Of a stretch of DNA of 64,000 nt, positions 27,532 through 36,801 are shown one piece after another. The stretch's first letter is position 1. Every line of letters begins with the position of its first letter. The notes under the pieces were generated by a model, which searched no databases, was not told where the DNA came from, and saw only the letters and a program-made list of their open reading frames with translations. The position numbers and the translations under genes are program-made. Where the stretch lies: contig CAZHPN010000001.1 of NCBI GenBank assembly GCA_964534375.1, forward strand, positions 20,516 to 84,515, read 5' to 3'. This DNA is from an uncultured bacterium (GTDB lineage Bacteria > Lernaellota > Lernaellaia > Lernaellales > Lernaellaceae).

Positions 27532-29886
27532 TTACAGAAAGATCGCCTTGATGCCGACGTACGGCAGAAACGGCAATTGGTAGATCGCCACGCGCTGCGG
27601 GACATTGAGGCCGCCGGTGTCTTTGTAGTAATAGCCCCAGAGATTGCGCTGGTCGTAGACGTTGTAGATTTCGGCAAAGCTCGTCAGCTTGAAGCGGTCG
27701 GTCGAATGCCACGTGTATTCCGCGCGGACATCAAGGCGATGATATAGGGGAAAACGCGTGTCGTTGATCCCGCCGTTGTTTGCCTGCCAATAGCGCAAAA
27801 AAGTGCGCGGATACATCTCGGTCCAACCCTCGACGGCGGTGTCCGGCCGCCCGGTGGCCAGCCGGAATGTGGTCGAAAACACCCAATTTGCGAGCGGCCG
27901 GAAATTGGCCACCAGCGACAGCGTGTGGCGCTGGTCCTGCGTCGGCGAGTACCAACCGTACAGGCCCAGGCCGTCGTTGTAACGCACCTCGGACAGCGAG
28001 TAGGCCAGCCAGCCATCCCACCAGCCCGAAAGTTTTTTCTGGAAAAAGACCTCGACGCCCTCGGCCTTGCCGAAGCCGGAATTGCGGTTGTCGATCTTCG
28101 GAATCTCGCCGTTGAGCACGAAGTTCGTGGCGTTCAGAAAGCTCAGGCTCGACCCGGAGACGGTCTGAAAAATCAAATCGTCGAACTCTTTGTAATATCC
28201 CTCGATGCGCAGCATCATGTCCGAGCCCAGACCCTGCTCGATGCCGGTGACGTAATGGGTCGATTTCTCGCTGCGGATTTTCGGGTTGCCGAGTTTTTCG
28301 CTCGAAATCAGGCTGTTGTACGGCGGCAGGTAGTAGACGCCCCAGGCGAACTTCAGCACGGTCGAGTCGGTCAGGTCGGTCGACACCGCAGCGCGCGGGC
28401 TGACCACCCAACCGGACTCCGCCGCCGTGTAGTGATCGAAGCGCACGCCGATGTTGGTCCGCAAACGCTTGGGAATGATCTCCGCTTCGTGTTGCACGTA
28501 AAAGCCGTACAGGTCTTTCGGTTTGTTGTCGGAGAAATCGACCGTGTAATACTTCGAGGGCGAGGCGAACTGGGCGCCGGGCACGAACTGCGAAAAGGGG
28601 AACTGCGCGTTGAGGTTCAGCACGACGCGGCCGTAAACGCCGCCGAATTTGAACAAGTTGCGGCCGAGGTCGAACTGACCTTCCTGGTTCACATACATCC
28701 CGTCGACGACGGCGTGGCCGAAAAAGTTGTTGGCGCCCGAGTTCACGTTGCCGGAAAAGTTGAACGTCTGATAGCTGGCCGTCGAGCGGGCCAGGAACCA
28801 CTTTACCGGCGTCAACGTGTAGTCGAGGCCGAAAACTTGCGTGACTTGATCGTACTCGGCCGTGCCCGTATCGAAGCCCGTCGGGTTGGCCTGGAGATTG
28901 GCCTTCACCCCGTCTTCGCTGCGAATCGCAATCACGACGAACCGATTGTAGGGGTTCGGTTCGTACATCCCGCGGACGAGAATGTCGGAAAACACGGGGA
29001 CCGGCAGGCTGTTCCAATGCAGCAGGCTGAACGCGTATTCGTAGTAACTGCGCCGCGCGGCGACGATCCAACTCGCCTTCGACGTGGCCGGCCCGGTCAC
29101 CTGCGCTTTCGCCGACAGCAAGGAAACCTCGGCCAGGCCGTCGACGTGATCGCGATTGCCGTCTTTGTACGTGACGTCGAGCACGCTGCCGGTCGCGAAC
29201 GGATATTGCGCCGGAAAGCCGGCCGCGTAGAAAGTGAAATTTTTCACGAGATCGGTGTCGATGATCGACAGGCCCACGCCGAAGTGATAGGGGTTCGCCA
29301 GCAACTGGTGATCGAGCACGATCAGGTTCTCATAATCCTCCGAACCGCGCACGTACATGTCGCTGGAATAGTCCGTGTTGGAGACGATTCCCGGCAGTTG
29401 TTGGATGGCCTTGGTGATGTCTTCCAGCGCGCCGGCGTTGCTCTCGATCTCTTCCCGCGTGAACGTGTGGGCGCTGGTTTGCGGCGACGTGTCCATCGTC
29501 TTTTGCCCGGTGACGTCAACCTCGTTGGCTTTGTACGTCTTGCTGAAGCGCAATTTGGCGTCGGCCGTCGCTTCGCCCTCCGCCGGCACGTCAATCTTTG
29601 CCGTTTGGGCGTCGTAACCCTCGGAACTGAACCGCAACGTCGCCGGCCCGCGCGATAGGCCCTCCAGCCGGTAGCGCCCCTGGTCGTCGGTGTGCGTCTT
29701 GCGGCCCTGGCCGACGACCTGCACCAGCGCGCCGAACACTGGGGCGCCGTCTTCGTCGGTGACCTGACCCGTGATGTCGCCGGCCCAGCCGAGGCTCGGC
29801 GCCAGCAGCGCGATCGTCAAAGCCACCCATAAAACGCGGCGCAAGCTGGCCCCCGGTCTTTGAAACTGCGTTACCTTAGCCACCAA
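27532..29886 (-). CDS. TonB-dependent receptor with N-terminal carboxypeptidase-regulatory-like domain
   Basis: ITGQVTDEDGAPV, plug QQLPGI..YVRGS, YHRLDVR, EIYNVYD, C-terminal LPFLPYVGIKAIFL. Confidence 0.9.
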   Translation of the reverse strand: MVAKVTQFQRPGASLRRVLWVALTIALLAPSLGWAGDITGQVTDEDGAPVFGALVQVVGQGRKTHTDDQGRYRLEGLSRGPATLRFSSEGYDAQTAKIDVPAEGEATADAKLRFSKTYKANEVDVTGQKTMDTSPQTSAHTFTREEIESNAGALEDITKAIQQLPGIVSNTDYSSDMYVRGSEDYENLIVLDHQLLANPYHFGVGLSIIDTDLVKNFTFYAAGFPAQYPFATGSVLDVTYKDGNRDHVDGLAEVSLLSAKAQVTGPATSKASWIVAARRSYYEYAFSLLHWNSLPVPVFSDILVRGMYEPNPYNRFVVIAIRSEDGVKANLQANPTGFDTGTAEYDQVTQVFGLDYTLTPVKWFLARSTASYQTFNFSGNVNSGANNFFGHAVVDGMYVNQEGQFDLGRNLFKFGGVYGRVVLNLNAQFPFSQFVPGAQFASPSKYYTVDFSDNKPKDLYGFYVQHEAEIIPKRLRTNIGVRFDHYTAAESGWVVSPRAAVSTDLTDSTVLKFAWGVYYLPPYNSLISSEKLGNPKIRSEKSTHYVTGIEQGLGSDMMLRIEGYYKEFDDLIFQTVSGSSLSFLNATNFVLNGEIPKIDNRNSGFGKAEGVEVFFQKKLSGWWDGWLAYSLSEVRYNDGLGLYGWYSPTQDQRHTLSLVANFRPLANWVFSTTFRLATGRPDTAVEGWTEMYPRTFLRYWQANNGGINDTRFPLYHRLDVRAEYTWHSTDRFKLTSFAEIYNVYDQRNLWGYYYKDTGGLNVPQRVAIYQLPFLPYVGIKAIFL

Positions 29887-29999
29887 GCGCCGGCAGCGTC
29901 AACGGGACGCCAAGGGACTGCGCCGGGCCGTCGCCTCCGGCTTGAGCGGCCGGCGCCGGGTGTGTCATCATGGGTTGCCATTCCGGCGAGGAGAACGAT

Positions 30000-30731
30000 G
30001 TGGCCGACGCGTTGGTCATCATTCCGGCGTACAACGAAGAACATCGCATCGGCGACGTCGTGCGCGAACTGCGGGCGCTAGCGCTCGACGCCGACATTCT
30101 CGTCGTCAACGACGGCAGCCGCGACCGCACGGCGCGCGCCGCCCGCGCGGCCGGCGCGACTGTGATCAGCCATCCGTACAACCTCGGGTACGGCGCGACG
30201 CTGCAGACCGCCTACAAATACGCTCTGCGGCAGGGCAGCCGCTATGTTCTGCAAATGGACGCCGACGGCCAGCATCCGCCGGAGGAAGCGCGCAAGGTGC
30301 TCGATCCGGTCCGGCGCGGCGAGGCCGACGTCGTGATCGGCTCGCGATTCATGGCCGGCGGCGGCGGTTACGAATCGCCGTGGGCGCGGCGCGTCGGGAT
30401 TCGTCTGTTCGGCGCGCTGGCGCGGGCGCTGACTGGCGCGCGGATGACCGACGTGACCTCGGGCTTCATTGCGGTCAATCGCCCGGTCATCGCGCTGTTC
30501 GCCAGCGAGTTGTTCCCGGCGGATTTTCCCGACGCCGATGTGCGCATGATGCTGCACATGGCCGGCTATCGCGTGCAGGAGATCCCGGTGCAAATGAAGG
30601 CGGGCCCGCCGAACAAATCGATGCACGGCGGCGCGCTGGCGCTGTGGTACATCGCCAAGATGCTCATCAGCATGGCCATCGTGCGCAGTTCGCGGGCGCC
30701 GGTCCGCCCGGACAAGGAGGAGACGCCATGA
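30000..30731 (+). CDS. GT2 glycosyltransferase (DPM1-like polyprenyl-phosphate glycosyltransferase)
   Basis: IIPAYNE, VVNDGSRDRT, NLGYG, QMDADGQH, VIGSRF, DVTSGF; RBS GAGGAG. Confidence 0.92.
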   Translation: MADALVIIPAYNEEHRIGDVVRELRALALDADILVVNDGSRDRTARAARAAGATVISHPYNLGYGATLQTAYKYALRQGSRYVLQMDADGQHPPEEARKVLDPVRRGEADVVIGSRFMAGGGGYESPWARRVGIRLFGALARALTGARMTDVTSGFIAVNRPVIALFASELFPADFPDADVRMMLHMAGYRVQEIPVQMKAGPPNKSMHGGALALWYIAKMLISMAIVRSSRAPVRPDKEETP

Positions 30732-31096
30732 CGCCGACGCAACGCGCCTTTGCGATCGTCGTGTCGATTCTGTTTTTCCTGTTCGTCATGAACGCCATCC
30801 GCCGCCGGGCCGTCGAAATCCAATATGCGATCTTGTGGCTCGCGGTCGCCGCCGGCATTTTCGTATTGTCGGTTTGGTACGACCTGCTGCTGGCTTTGTC
30901 GCGGTTCATCGGCGCGGTCGTGCCGACGACCACCCTTTTTCTCTTCGGCATCTTGTTCCTGGTGATCATCAACATTCAATTCTCGATGCGGGTCAGCAAC
31001 CTGCAAACCCGCCTGCGCGCGCTGGCCCAGGAACACGCACTCCTTGTCGAACGCGTGGAGCGCGAACGGCACGACGCCGCGCCCTCCGCCTCGTGA
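30728..31096 (+). CDS. DUF2304-family membrane protein
   Basis: ATGA overlap with the GT2 gene; three TMs; C-terminal LRALAQEHAL. Confidence 0.85.
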   Translation: MTPTQRAFAIVVSILFFLFVMNAIRRRAVEIQYAILWLAVAAGIFVLSVWYDLLLALSRFIGAVVPTTTLFLFGILFLVIINIQFSMRVSNLQTRLRALAQEHALLVERVERERHDAAPSAS

Positions 31097-31105
31097 TCCG
31101 ACCGT

Positions 31106-31145
31106 AAAAAAGCGAAACGCCGCCGGACTTTCGTCCGCGCGGCGT
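31106..31145 (-). terminator. Probable intrinsic terminator between convergent genes
   Basis: Imperfect hairpin ACGCCG..GGAC-TTTC-GTCC..CGGCGT with an adjacent A-tract (U-tract on the minus strand). Confidence 0.5.
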
Positions 31146-31207
31146 CCGCACATATTCACGCTTGGAATTCCCTAGACTCGCCGGCGTCGTCACGCGCCGG
31201 AAAAGAA

Positions 31208-31681
31208 CTAGTCTCTGCCCTTTTCCGACCGCTGGGACGACGACTTGAGCGTCTCGCCGTAGCCGCCCGAATAAACGGTGGAATCGTTATACCAGTCATC
31301 GCCCGGCACGCTGTACGGCTCATTTTCCGAATTCAGGTCTTCGACTTTCGGGTTGCCCGCAATTGTCGCTGCGCCCGTGTCCGCCGCCGCCGGAATCCCG
31401 GAGTACACCGTAGCGTCGCTGTTGGCGTCGGAGCCGGAAACCGCGTACGAAACCGGACTCAACTCGTTCTTCGCCGCCTTTTCGCCGGACCATGAGTTGT
31501 TGCCGCTGGGCTCCATCGCACCGAGGTAAATCGTCGCGTCGCCGATATTGTCGCTGCCGGGAATCCCGTATTCGTTGGTGGTCATCGTGGTCTTGGCGCC
31601 GGTGTCTTCCGCATAGGCCGCAACCGCAAGCAAACTGACAAGCGCGAACGCCAAAACGAAAATTTGCAATCTTGTTTTCAT
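31208..31681 (-). CDS. Secreted acidic protein with internal repeats
   Basis: Signal peptide MKTRLQIF...AAYA; repeated YxxPGxDxxxDATxYxG motif. Confidence 0.75.
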   Translation of the reverse strand: MKTRLQIFVLAFALVSLLAVAAYAEDTGAKTTMTTNEYGIPGSDNIGDATIYLGAMEPSGNNSWSGEKAAKNELSPVSYAVSGSDANSDATVYSGIPAAADTGAATIAGNPKVEDLNSENEPYSVPGDDWYNDSTVYSGGYGETLKSSSQRSEKGRD

Positions 31682-31817
31682 GTTTTTGTCCCTCAAGTGT
31701 TGCAAGACGCCGTAATTGGCGCCGTCCGAAATACTCAATTAGAACGTAAGCTGGCCTGTCGATCTGTCAATGCATATTCGTCTGTCTCGGGCAAATTATT
31801 GCGACCGAATCTCGCGG

Positions 31818-33554
31818 TCAATCGGAAATGCGCCGCGCAAAAAAGCACGCGCCTTCCGGCTGGAACATAAATCGATAGCGCTGCGTGAGCCAATAACGAA
31901 ATTCGTCGGACTCGCAGAACAACCGGGCCATGCTGCCGTCGAGCAGTATCAGTTCGGGTCGCGCGCCGGCGAACAAACGGATCATGCTGCGGTCCAAATC
32001 CGCATCTTCCAGAGAAAAATACGGGTCGAACCGCTGCAAGCGGGCGAGCAGCTTCGGGGCTTCGCGCAGCGCGCTCGAAGCGGGATATTTCGTCAACGCG
32101 AGCCCGTGATGAACGGCCGCCGGCAGCCGCCGAAACGGCGGATTCAGCCAATCGGAATAGACGATGTCGGCCGGCTGCGAATTCGTCAGCAGAAAGCGCA
32201 CCTGCGCCGCGCGTTGCGCCTTCGGGCGGAACCGGAACGAATTGAAAAACTCTTTCCGATTGGTGATCCACCACAAGGCCGTGTCGGCGTCGACGACCCC
32301 GTCTTTGTCGGGCCGAGGCAGGCCGGCGACGGCCAGTTCTTGCGCGGCAAGCCGGTCTTGTTCGCGCATTTTCGCCGTGCAGTTCACGCTGAAACCCAAC
32401 GCGATTGCGATGAATACGACAATCGCCGCGAATTCGACGATGCCCGGCGCCTGCGGCGTAATCTTCCGCTCGACGCCTTGAACGCCGCGGCGGATCAGGC
32501 GCGCGGCGACCGCCGACCCGAACAAGGCAAACAACAAGTAATGCTGCGCGAAAACGCGATCGTGAACGATGATGAACAGCAGCCCCGCATCCGCGAGAAA
32601 CAGCGGCAGAAAATCCCAGATTTCTTTCGCCACGTACTTCTTCGGCCGCACGTGCAGCGGAATCAGGGCGAGCAGAACCAGCGCCCACGGCAGCGGGCTC
32701 TCCTTCCAGATCGTCTTGAACGCCTCCCACGAACCGTTTTCCAAGCCGCCCAGATAAATCCTGTAAAAGGGGAACATTCTCGCGCCGGCGACCCAGCCCT
32801 CGACCGTTCGCGTCCCAAACACCGGTGCGTAGCTCGCCAGAAAGGCCGCCAAAGAAATCGCGACAAAGCCGACGCCGGCGAGCAGCCCGTTGCGCGTCGA
32901 GCCTGCCTCGCGCTTGACGAAGAACAGCCACGCCCCGGCCCCGAGCACAAGAAAGACCGTCGCGCTGTGGACCGCGGTGGCGAAGCCCGCGACGGCCGCC
33001 GCGGCAGCCAGCCGTCGCCATGACGGGGCCCGGCCCTTGCCCCCGCCGGCCAGCACGATCGCCGCGGCGGTGAATAAGAGCAGCCCCGGCAGGTCGGGCC
33101 GCACGTGCGTCGTGGTTCGCAAGAAAAAGAAAAAGGCGTTCTGGATCGCGAGCGTCCACCAGGCGGTTTCGGCGTCGAACAACCGCCGGCACAATACGAA
33201 CATCGCGAAGGCAAACGCCAGCGCCTGGGCGGCGTGCAGCCAGCGGAACCAATCGATGAAATCCCGGCGTTCGCCGAGCGACGACAGCGGCAGGCTGTAG
33301 ATCTTGTGCAGCGCCGGGCCGCACAACGCGTGCAGCACCGGCGGGTGGCCGTCGATGTAATCGAGATAGGGCAGTTGACCCTGGCCGATGCGCCAGGCCG
33401 AACCCAGGGTGAAAAACTCGTCCGGGTCGTACGTGGCGTGAAATATCAGGTATCCGCGGAAAAGAAACGCGACGCCGACGAACGCGGCCAAGGCGTACGA
33501 TCCCCAGGCGACGTAGCGCGGCGCAGGACTTTCGGCGTACTTCGCAAGTTTCAT
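31818..33554 (-). CDS. GT-C (ArnT/PMT-like) membrane glycosyltransferase
   Basis: TM then DPDE, GQLPYLDYIDGHPP, RPD motif; multiple TMs. Confidence 0.8.
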   Translation of the reverse strand: MKLAKYAESPAPRYVAWGSYALAAFVGVAFLFRGYLIFHATYDPDEFFTLGSAWRIGQGQLPYLDYIDGHPPVLHALCGPALHKIYSLPLSSLGERRDFIDWFRWLHAAQALAFAFAMFVLCRRLFDAETAWWTLAIQNAFFFFLRTTTHVRPDLPGLLLFTAAAIVLAGGGKGRAPSWRRLAAAAAVAGFATAVHSATVFLVLGAGAWLFFVKREAGSTRNGLLAGVGFVAISLAAFLASYAPVFGTRTVEGWVAGARMFPFYRIYLGGLENGSWEAFKTIWKESPLPWALVLLALIPLHVRPKKYVAKEIWDFLPLFLADAGLLFIIVHDRVFAQHYLLFALFGSAVAARLIRRGVQGVERKITPQAPGIVEFAAIVVFIAIALGFSVNCTAKMREQDRLAAQELAVAGLPRPDKDGVVDADTALWWITNRKEFFNSFRFRPKAQRAAQVRFLLTNSQPADIVYSDWLNPPFRRLPAAVHHGLALTKYPASSALREAPKLLARLQRFDPYFSLEDADLDRSMIRLFAGARPELILLDGSMARLFCESDEFRYWLTQRYRFMFQPEGACFFARRISD

Positions 33555-33650
33555 CGGTTGACGGCTCGCCTCGGCGAACGTGGCCCGGCCGTATTAATGG
33601 CGAACGGCGACCGGCGCGTCAAGAAAAAACCGGCCGGCGCCGCCGGCGGC

Positions 33651-34610
33651 TCACGGAACGATCGTCGTGCCGTCGAGGCCGTCGAGCGCGGCGGGGAGGT
33701 TGTCGGCGCTGCAGATGATGGCGCGCTTGCCCCCGCGTTGCACGAACTGAATCGCGGCGTCGACCTTCGGACCGATCGAGCCGGCGGGAAAATGCCCCTC
33801 CGCGAGGTGGTCGGTGATCTCCGAAACCGTGACGCGATCGAGCGGCCGCTGTTTGGGCGTGTTGAAATAGACGTAAACCTTGGGTTCCGGCATCAAGATG
33901 ATCAGCGTGTCGGCCTTGATCTCCGCGGCGAGCATCGAACTGGTCAGGTCCTTGTCGATGACGGCCTCGATGCCCTGGTACGTGCCGTCCGGCGTCACCA
34001 TGATCGGCACGCCGCCCCCGCCGCAGGCGATGACGATGTTCCCCTCGTTCACGGAATGACGAATCATGTGGCGCTGTACGATTTTCAGCGGGCGCGGACT
34101 GGGCACGACGCGCCGCCAGCCGGCCTTGCCGTCCGCAATCATCTGCCAGCCGAACTCGCGCTGCAGTTCCCGCGCCTGCTCTTCCGGGTAATAAATGCCG
34201 ATCGGCTTGCTCGGCCGGACAAACGCCGGGTCGTTCGGGCTGACGATCACCTGCGTGATGACCGTCACGACGTAGCGGCGGAATTCCCGCTCGCGCAGCA
34301 GATTGAGAAACGCCTGCTGCAGCAAATAGCCGATCGAACCGCCGGTTTCGGCGACGAGAAAATCGAGCGGCATCCGCGGCAGCTTGCCCGCGGCGGCGTC
34401 CACGCGCAGCAGCGACAAGCCGACCTGCGGCCCGTTGCCGTGCGAGACGACGAGGTTGAAATCGCGCTCGACGAGGATCATCAGTTTGCCGACGATGTCG
34501 CGCGCGTTCGCTTCCTGGGTCTTGTAATCCGGTTGGTCCCCGGGGCGAATCAACGCGTTGCCGCCCAGCGCCACGAGCACCGTCTGCCGATCGCTGCGAT
34601 AGATGTCCAT
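33651..34610 (-). CDS. arcC: Carbamate kinase
   Basis: VALGGNAL, SHGNGPQVG, PSKPIG, WRRVVPSP, GGGGVP, EAVIDKD, FPAGSIGPK; RBS GAGGA. Confidence 0.95.
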   Translation of the reverse strand: MDIYRSDRQTVLVALGGNALIRPGDQPDYKTQEANARDIVGKLMILVERDFNLVVSHGNGPQVGLSLLRVDAAAGKLPRMPLDFLVAETGGSIGYLLQQAFLNLLREREFRRYVVTVITQVIVSPNDPAFVRPSKPIGIYYPEEQARELQREFGWQMIADGKAGWRRVVPSPRPLKIVQRHMIRHSVNEGNIVIACGGGGVPIMVTPDGTYQGIEAVIDKDLTSSMLAAEIKADTLIILMPEPKVYVYFNTPKQRPLDRVTVSEITDHLAEGHFPAGSIGPKVDAAIQFVQRGGKRAIICSADNLPAALDGLDGTTIVP

Positions 34611-34660
34611 GCCGTTCCTCACCGTCGCCGCCGACGCGCCCGGCGCGGTTCGCCAAATCT

Positions 34661-35989
34661 TTACGCCTCGATCAAGTCCTTCGCTTTCAGCACGTCCGCG
34701 AGATCCGGCTTGCCGATTTCCTGCAATTCGTAAAGCACGCGCAGGCTCGGCTTTTTGCGGAAGTCGATCAGGCGGCGCAGGTCGATCGGCGTGCCGATCA
34801 GCGCCACATCGTAGTCGATCGCGTCGATGGTGGCCTGCAAATCGGCGATCTGCTGCTCGCCGTAGCCGACCGCCGGCAACAGGTTTGTTAGATGGCCGTA
34901 CTTGGCGAAGACGCGCCGGTAATCGCCGACCAGGCTCCCCCGCGGATCGACCAACTCCGCCGCGCCGAACCGTTGCGCGGCCAACACCGCGGCGCCGTAG
35001 GTCATGTCGCCGTGGGTCAGCGTGGGCCCGTCCTCGATGCACAGCACGCGCTTGCCGGCGATCGCCGCCGGGTTGTCGACAAACATCGGGCTCGCCGCAT
35101 CGATGACCGGCGCCCGCGGATTGAGGCGGCGGATGCTGTCGTGCAGCGCGCGGACCTTGGCGGGCTCGGCCGTGTCGATTTTGTTGACGATGACCGCGTC
35201 GGCGCACAGGAGGTTCGTCAGGCCCGGGTGATACGTGCGTTCGTGGCCGACGCGATGCGGGTCGGCGACCACGATTTGGAGATCGGGCCTGAAGAACGGG
35301 GTGTCGTTGTTGCCGCCGTCCCACACGATGACGTCGGCTTCCTGCTGCGCTTTCTTCAAGATGGCGCCGTAATCGACGCCGGCGTAGACGACGATGCCCG
35401 CGGCGATGTGCGGCTCGAATTCTTCGCGTTCCTCGATTGTGCACTCGTGGCGATCGAGGTCGGCCAGTTCCGCAAAGCGTTGCACTTTTTGCTTGACGAG
35501 GTTGCCGTAGGGCATCGGGTGGCGCACGGCCACCACGCGGCGGCCCGCGGCCTGCAGCAGGCGGATGACCCGGCGCGTGGTCTGGCTCTTGCCGGAGCCG
35601 GTGCGCACGGCGCAGACCGACACCACGGGCACTTTCGCTTTGAGCATCGTGTGCTCGACGCCCATCAGCGTGAAATCCGCCCCGGCGGCCATGACCTGCG
35701 CGGCCAGCTCCATCACGGTCTGATGGCTCACGTCGGAGTAGGCGAAGACCACCTGGTCGACCCGCTGCCGCCGAATGAGCGCGGGCAGCGTCGCCTCGGG
35801 CACGATCGGAATTCCCTCGGGGTACAGCTTGCCCGCGAGGGCGGCCGGATACCGCCGGTCGTCGATGTTGGGAATCTGCGTCGCCGTGAAGGCCACGATT
35901 TCGTAGTCGGCATTGTCGCGGAAGAAAACGTTGAAATTGTGAAAATCTCGGCCGCCGGCGCCGGCGATGACCGTCCGCTTGACCGCCAT
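34661..35989 (-). CDS. Cyclic 2,3-diphosphoglycerate synthetase-like P-loop protein; probable arginine synthetase (ArcE-type)
   Basis: GAGGRDFHNFN, AFTATQIPNI, AVRTGSGKSQT, RHPMPYG, TIEEREE, WDGGNND, EDGPTLTHG; directly upstream of arcC. Confidence 0.85.
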   Translation of the reverse strand: MAVKRTVIAGAGGRDFHNFNVFFRDNADYEIVAFTATQIPNIDDRRYPAALAGKLYPEGIPIVPEATLPALIRRQRVDQVVFAYSDVSHQTVMELAAQVMAAGADFTLMGVEHTMLKAKVPVVSVCAVRTGSGKSQTTRRVIRLLQAAGRRVVAVRHPMPYGNLVKQKVQRFAELADLDRHECTIEEREEFEPHIAAGIVVYAGVDYGAILKKAQQEADVIVWDGGNNDTPFFRPDLQIVVADPHRVGHERTYHPGLTNLLCADAVIVNKIDTAEPAKVRALHDSIRRLNPRAPVIDAASPMFVDNPAAIAGKRVLCIEDGPTLTHGDMTYGAAVLAAQRFGAAELVDPRGSLVGDYRRVFAKYGHLTNLLPAVGYGEQQIADLQATIDAIDYDVALIGTPIDLRRLIDFRKKPSLRVLYELQEIGKPDLADVLKAKDLIEA

Positions 35990-36027
35990 GAACAACCCCT
36001 TTTTTGAAAGACACGGTGTGAACTGCG

Positions 36028-36056
36028 AGCTTAAGGTGGAGCACCATGCCTGTCAA
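36028..36056 (-). promoter_or_regulatory. Sigma70-type promoter of the arcE-like/arcC operon
   Basis: TTGACA-N17-TAAGCT on the minus strand. Confidence 0.6.
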
Positions 36057-36100
36057 GACCGAAAACCTTTATGTTTTCAAGATGTTATGCGAAAGCGCCG

Positions 36101-36297
36101 GGAAGGAAAAAGGAAAAAGGAAAAAGGAAAAAATAAGGCCCGCGTCCGCCTGCTGCCGAAACCACGAAGTTAAGCCCTGGGCGCATAATCCGGTCGTCGT
36201 CTTCTCCAGAAACGGGCGCGCAATTCGCCGCATGTCGCACGCCCCTTCGACGACGCCTGTCTCACTTTTTCCTTTTGCCTTTTTCCTTTTTCCTTCC
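36101..36297. repeat. Inverted heptamer-repeat element (AAAAAGG)n...(CCTTTTT)n
   Basis: Arms 36101-36132 and 36266-36297 are reverse complements with one mismatch in 32 bp. Confidence 0.9.
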
Positions 36298-36310
36298 TTC
36301 GCGCGCATCG

Positions 36311-36341
36311 TTGACTTGGCGGCCGACGTTTGGTATAGAAT
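36311..36341 (+). promoter_or_regulatory. Candidate promoter of the tRNA pair
   Basis: TTGACT-N17-TATAGA(AT), preceded by TGG. Confidence 0.55.
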
Positions 36342-36401
36342 CACGCTTTCGCGCGGGGAATGTGGAAACGAACGGCGCCCGACGGCGTCGGCGTTCGACC
36401 C

Positions 36402-36486
36402 GGAGGGATGGCCGAGCGGTCGAAGGCGGCGGTCTTGAAAACCGTTGAACGGAAACGTTCCGGGGGTTCGAATCCCTCTCCCTCCG
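36402..36486 (+). tRNA. tRNA-Ser(TGA)
   Basis: GGAGGGA acceptor stem, anticodon loop CT-TGA-AA, long variable arm, GGTTCGAATCC; CCA not encoded. Confidence 0.95.
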
Positions 36487-36511
36487 CTCCTTGGCACACG
36501 TGACGACGTAC

Positions 36512-36602
36512 GGAGAGATGACCGAGAGGCCGAAGGTGCACGCCTGCTAAGTGTGTGTACGCCAAAAGCGTACCGAGGGTTCGAATCCCTCTCTCTCCGC
36601 CA
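36512..36602 (+). tRNA. tRNA-Ser(GCT)
   Basis: GGAGAGA acceptor stem, anticodon loop CT-GCT-AA, long variable arm, GGTTCGAATCC, encoded CCA. Confidence 0.95.
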
Positions 36603-36611
36603 ATCACGAAT

Positions 36612-36643
36612 CGGGCTCCGCTGCTGCGGGGCCCGTTTTATTT
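36612..36643 (+). terminator. Intrinsic terminator after the tRNAs
   Basis: CGGGCTCCG-ctgctg-CGGGGCCCG followed by TTTTATTT. Confidence 0.75.
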
Positions 36644-36801
36644 CCGGCGCCGCGCCACGCCAGCCCGCCAACGTCTGATCCCAAAATCCTCGTGCCCGGG
36701 GCTCCAAGAACGGCTACAATCGCCGGCGACTCCCGGCCGACACCGGCGCGGATTCGCAGCGGGGTGCGATGGCTCGCAGGACGACAAACGACAACTTGCG
36801 G

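Noticed and set aside
33651..36056. 801-aa fused carbamate kinase ORF (likewise 45510..46913, 50309..53053, 52156..54306, 58278..60617, 59729..61549)
   Set aside because: The N-terminal extensions are off-frame overlaps of the upstream gene; each real gene has its own internal start.
36402..36486. Selenocysteine or suppressor tRNA
   Set aside because: The anticodon is TGA (reads UCA, Ser), not TCA, and the structure is a standard tRNA-Ser.
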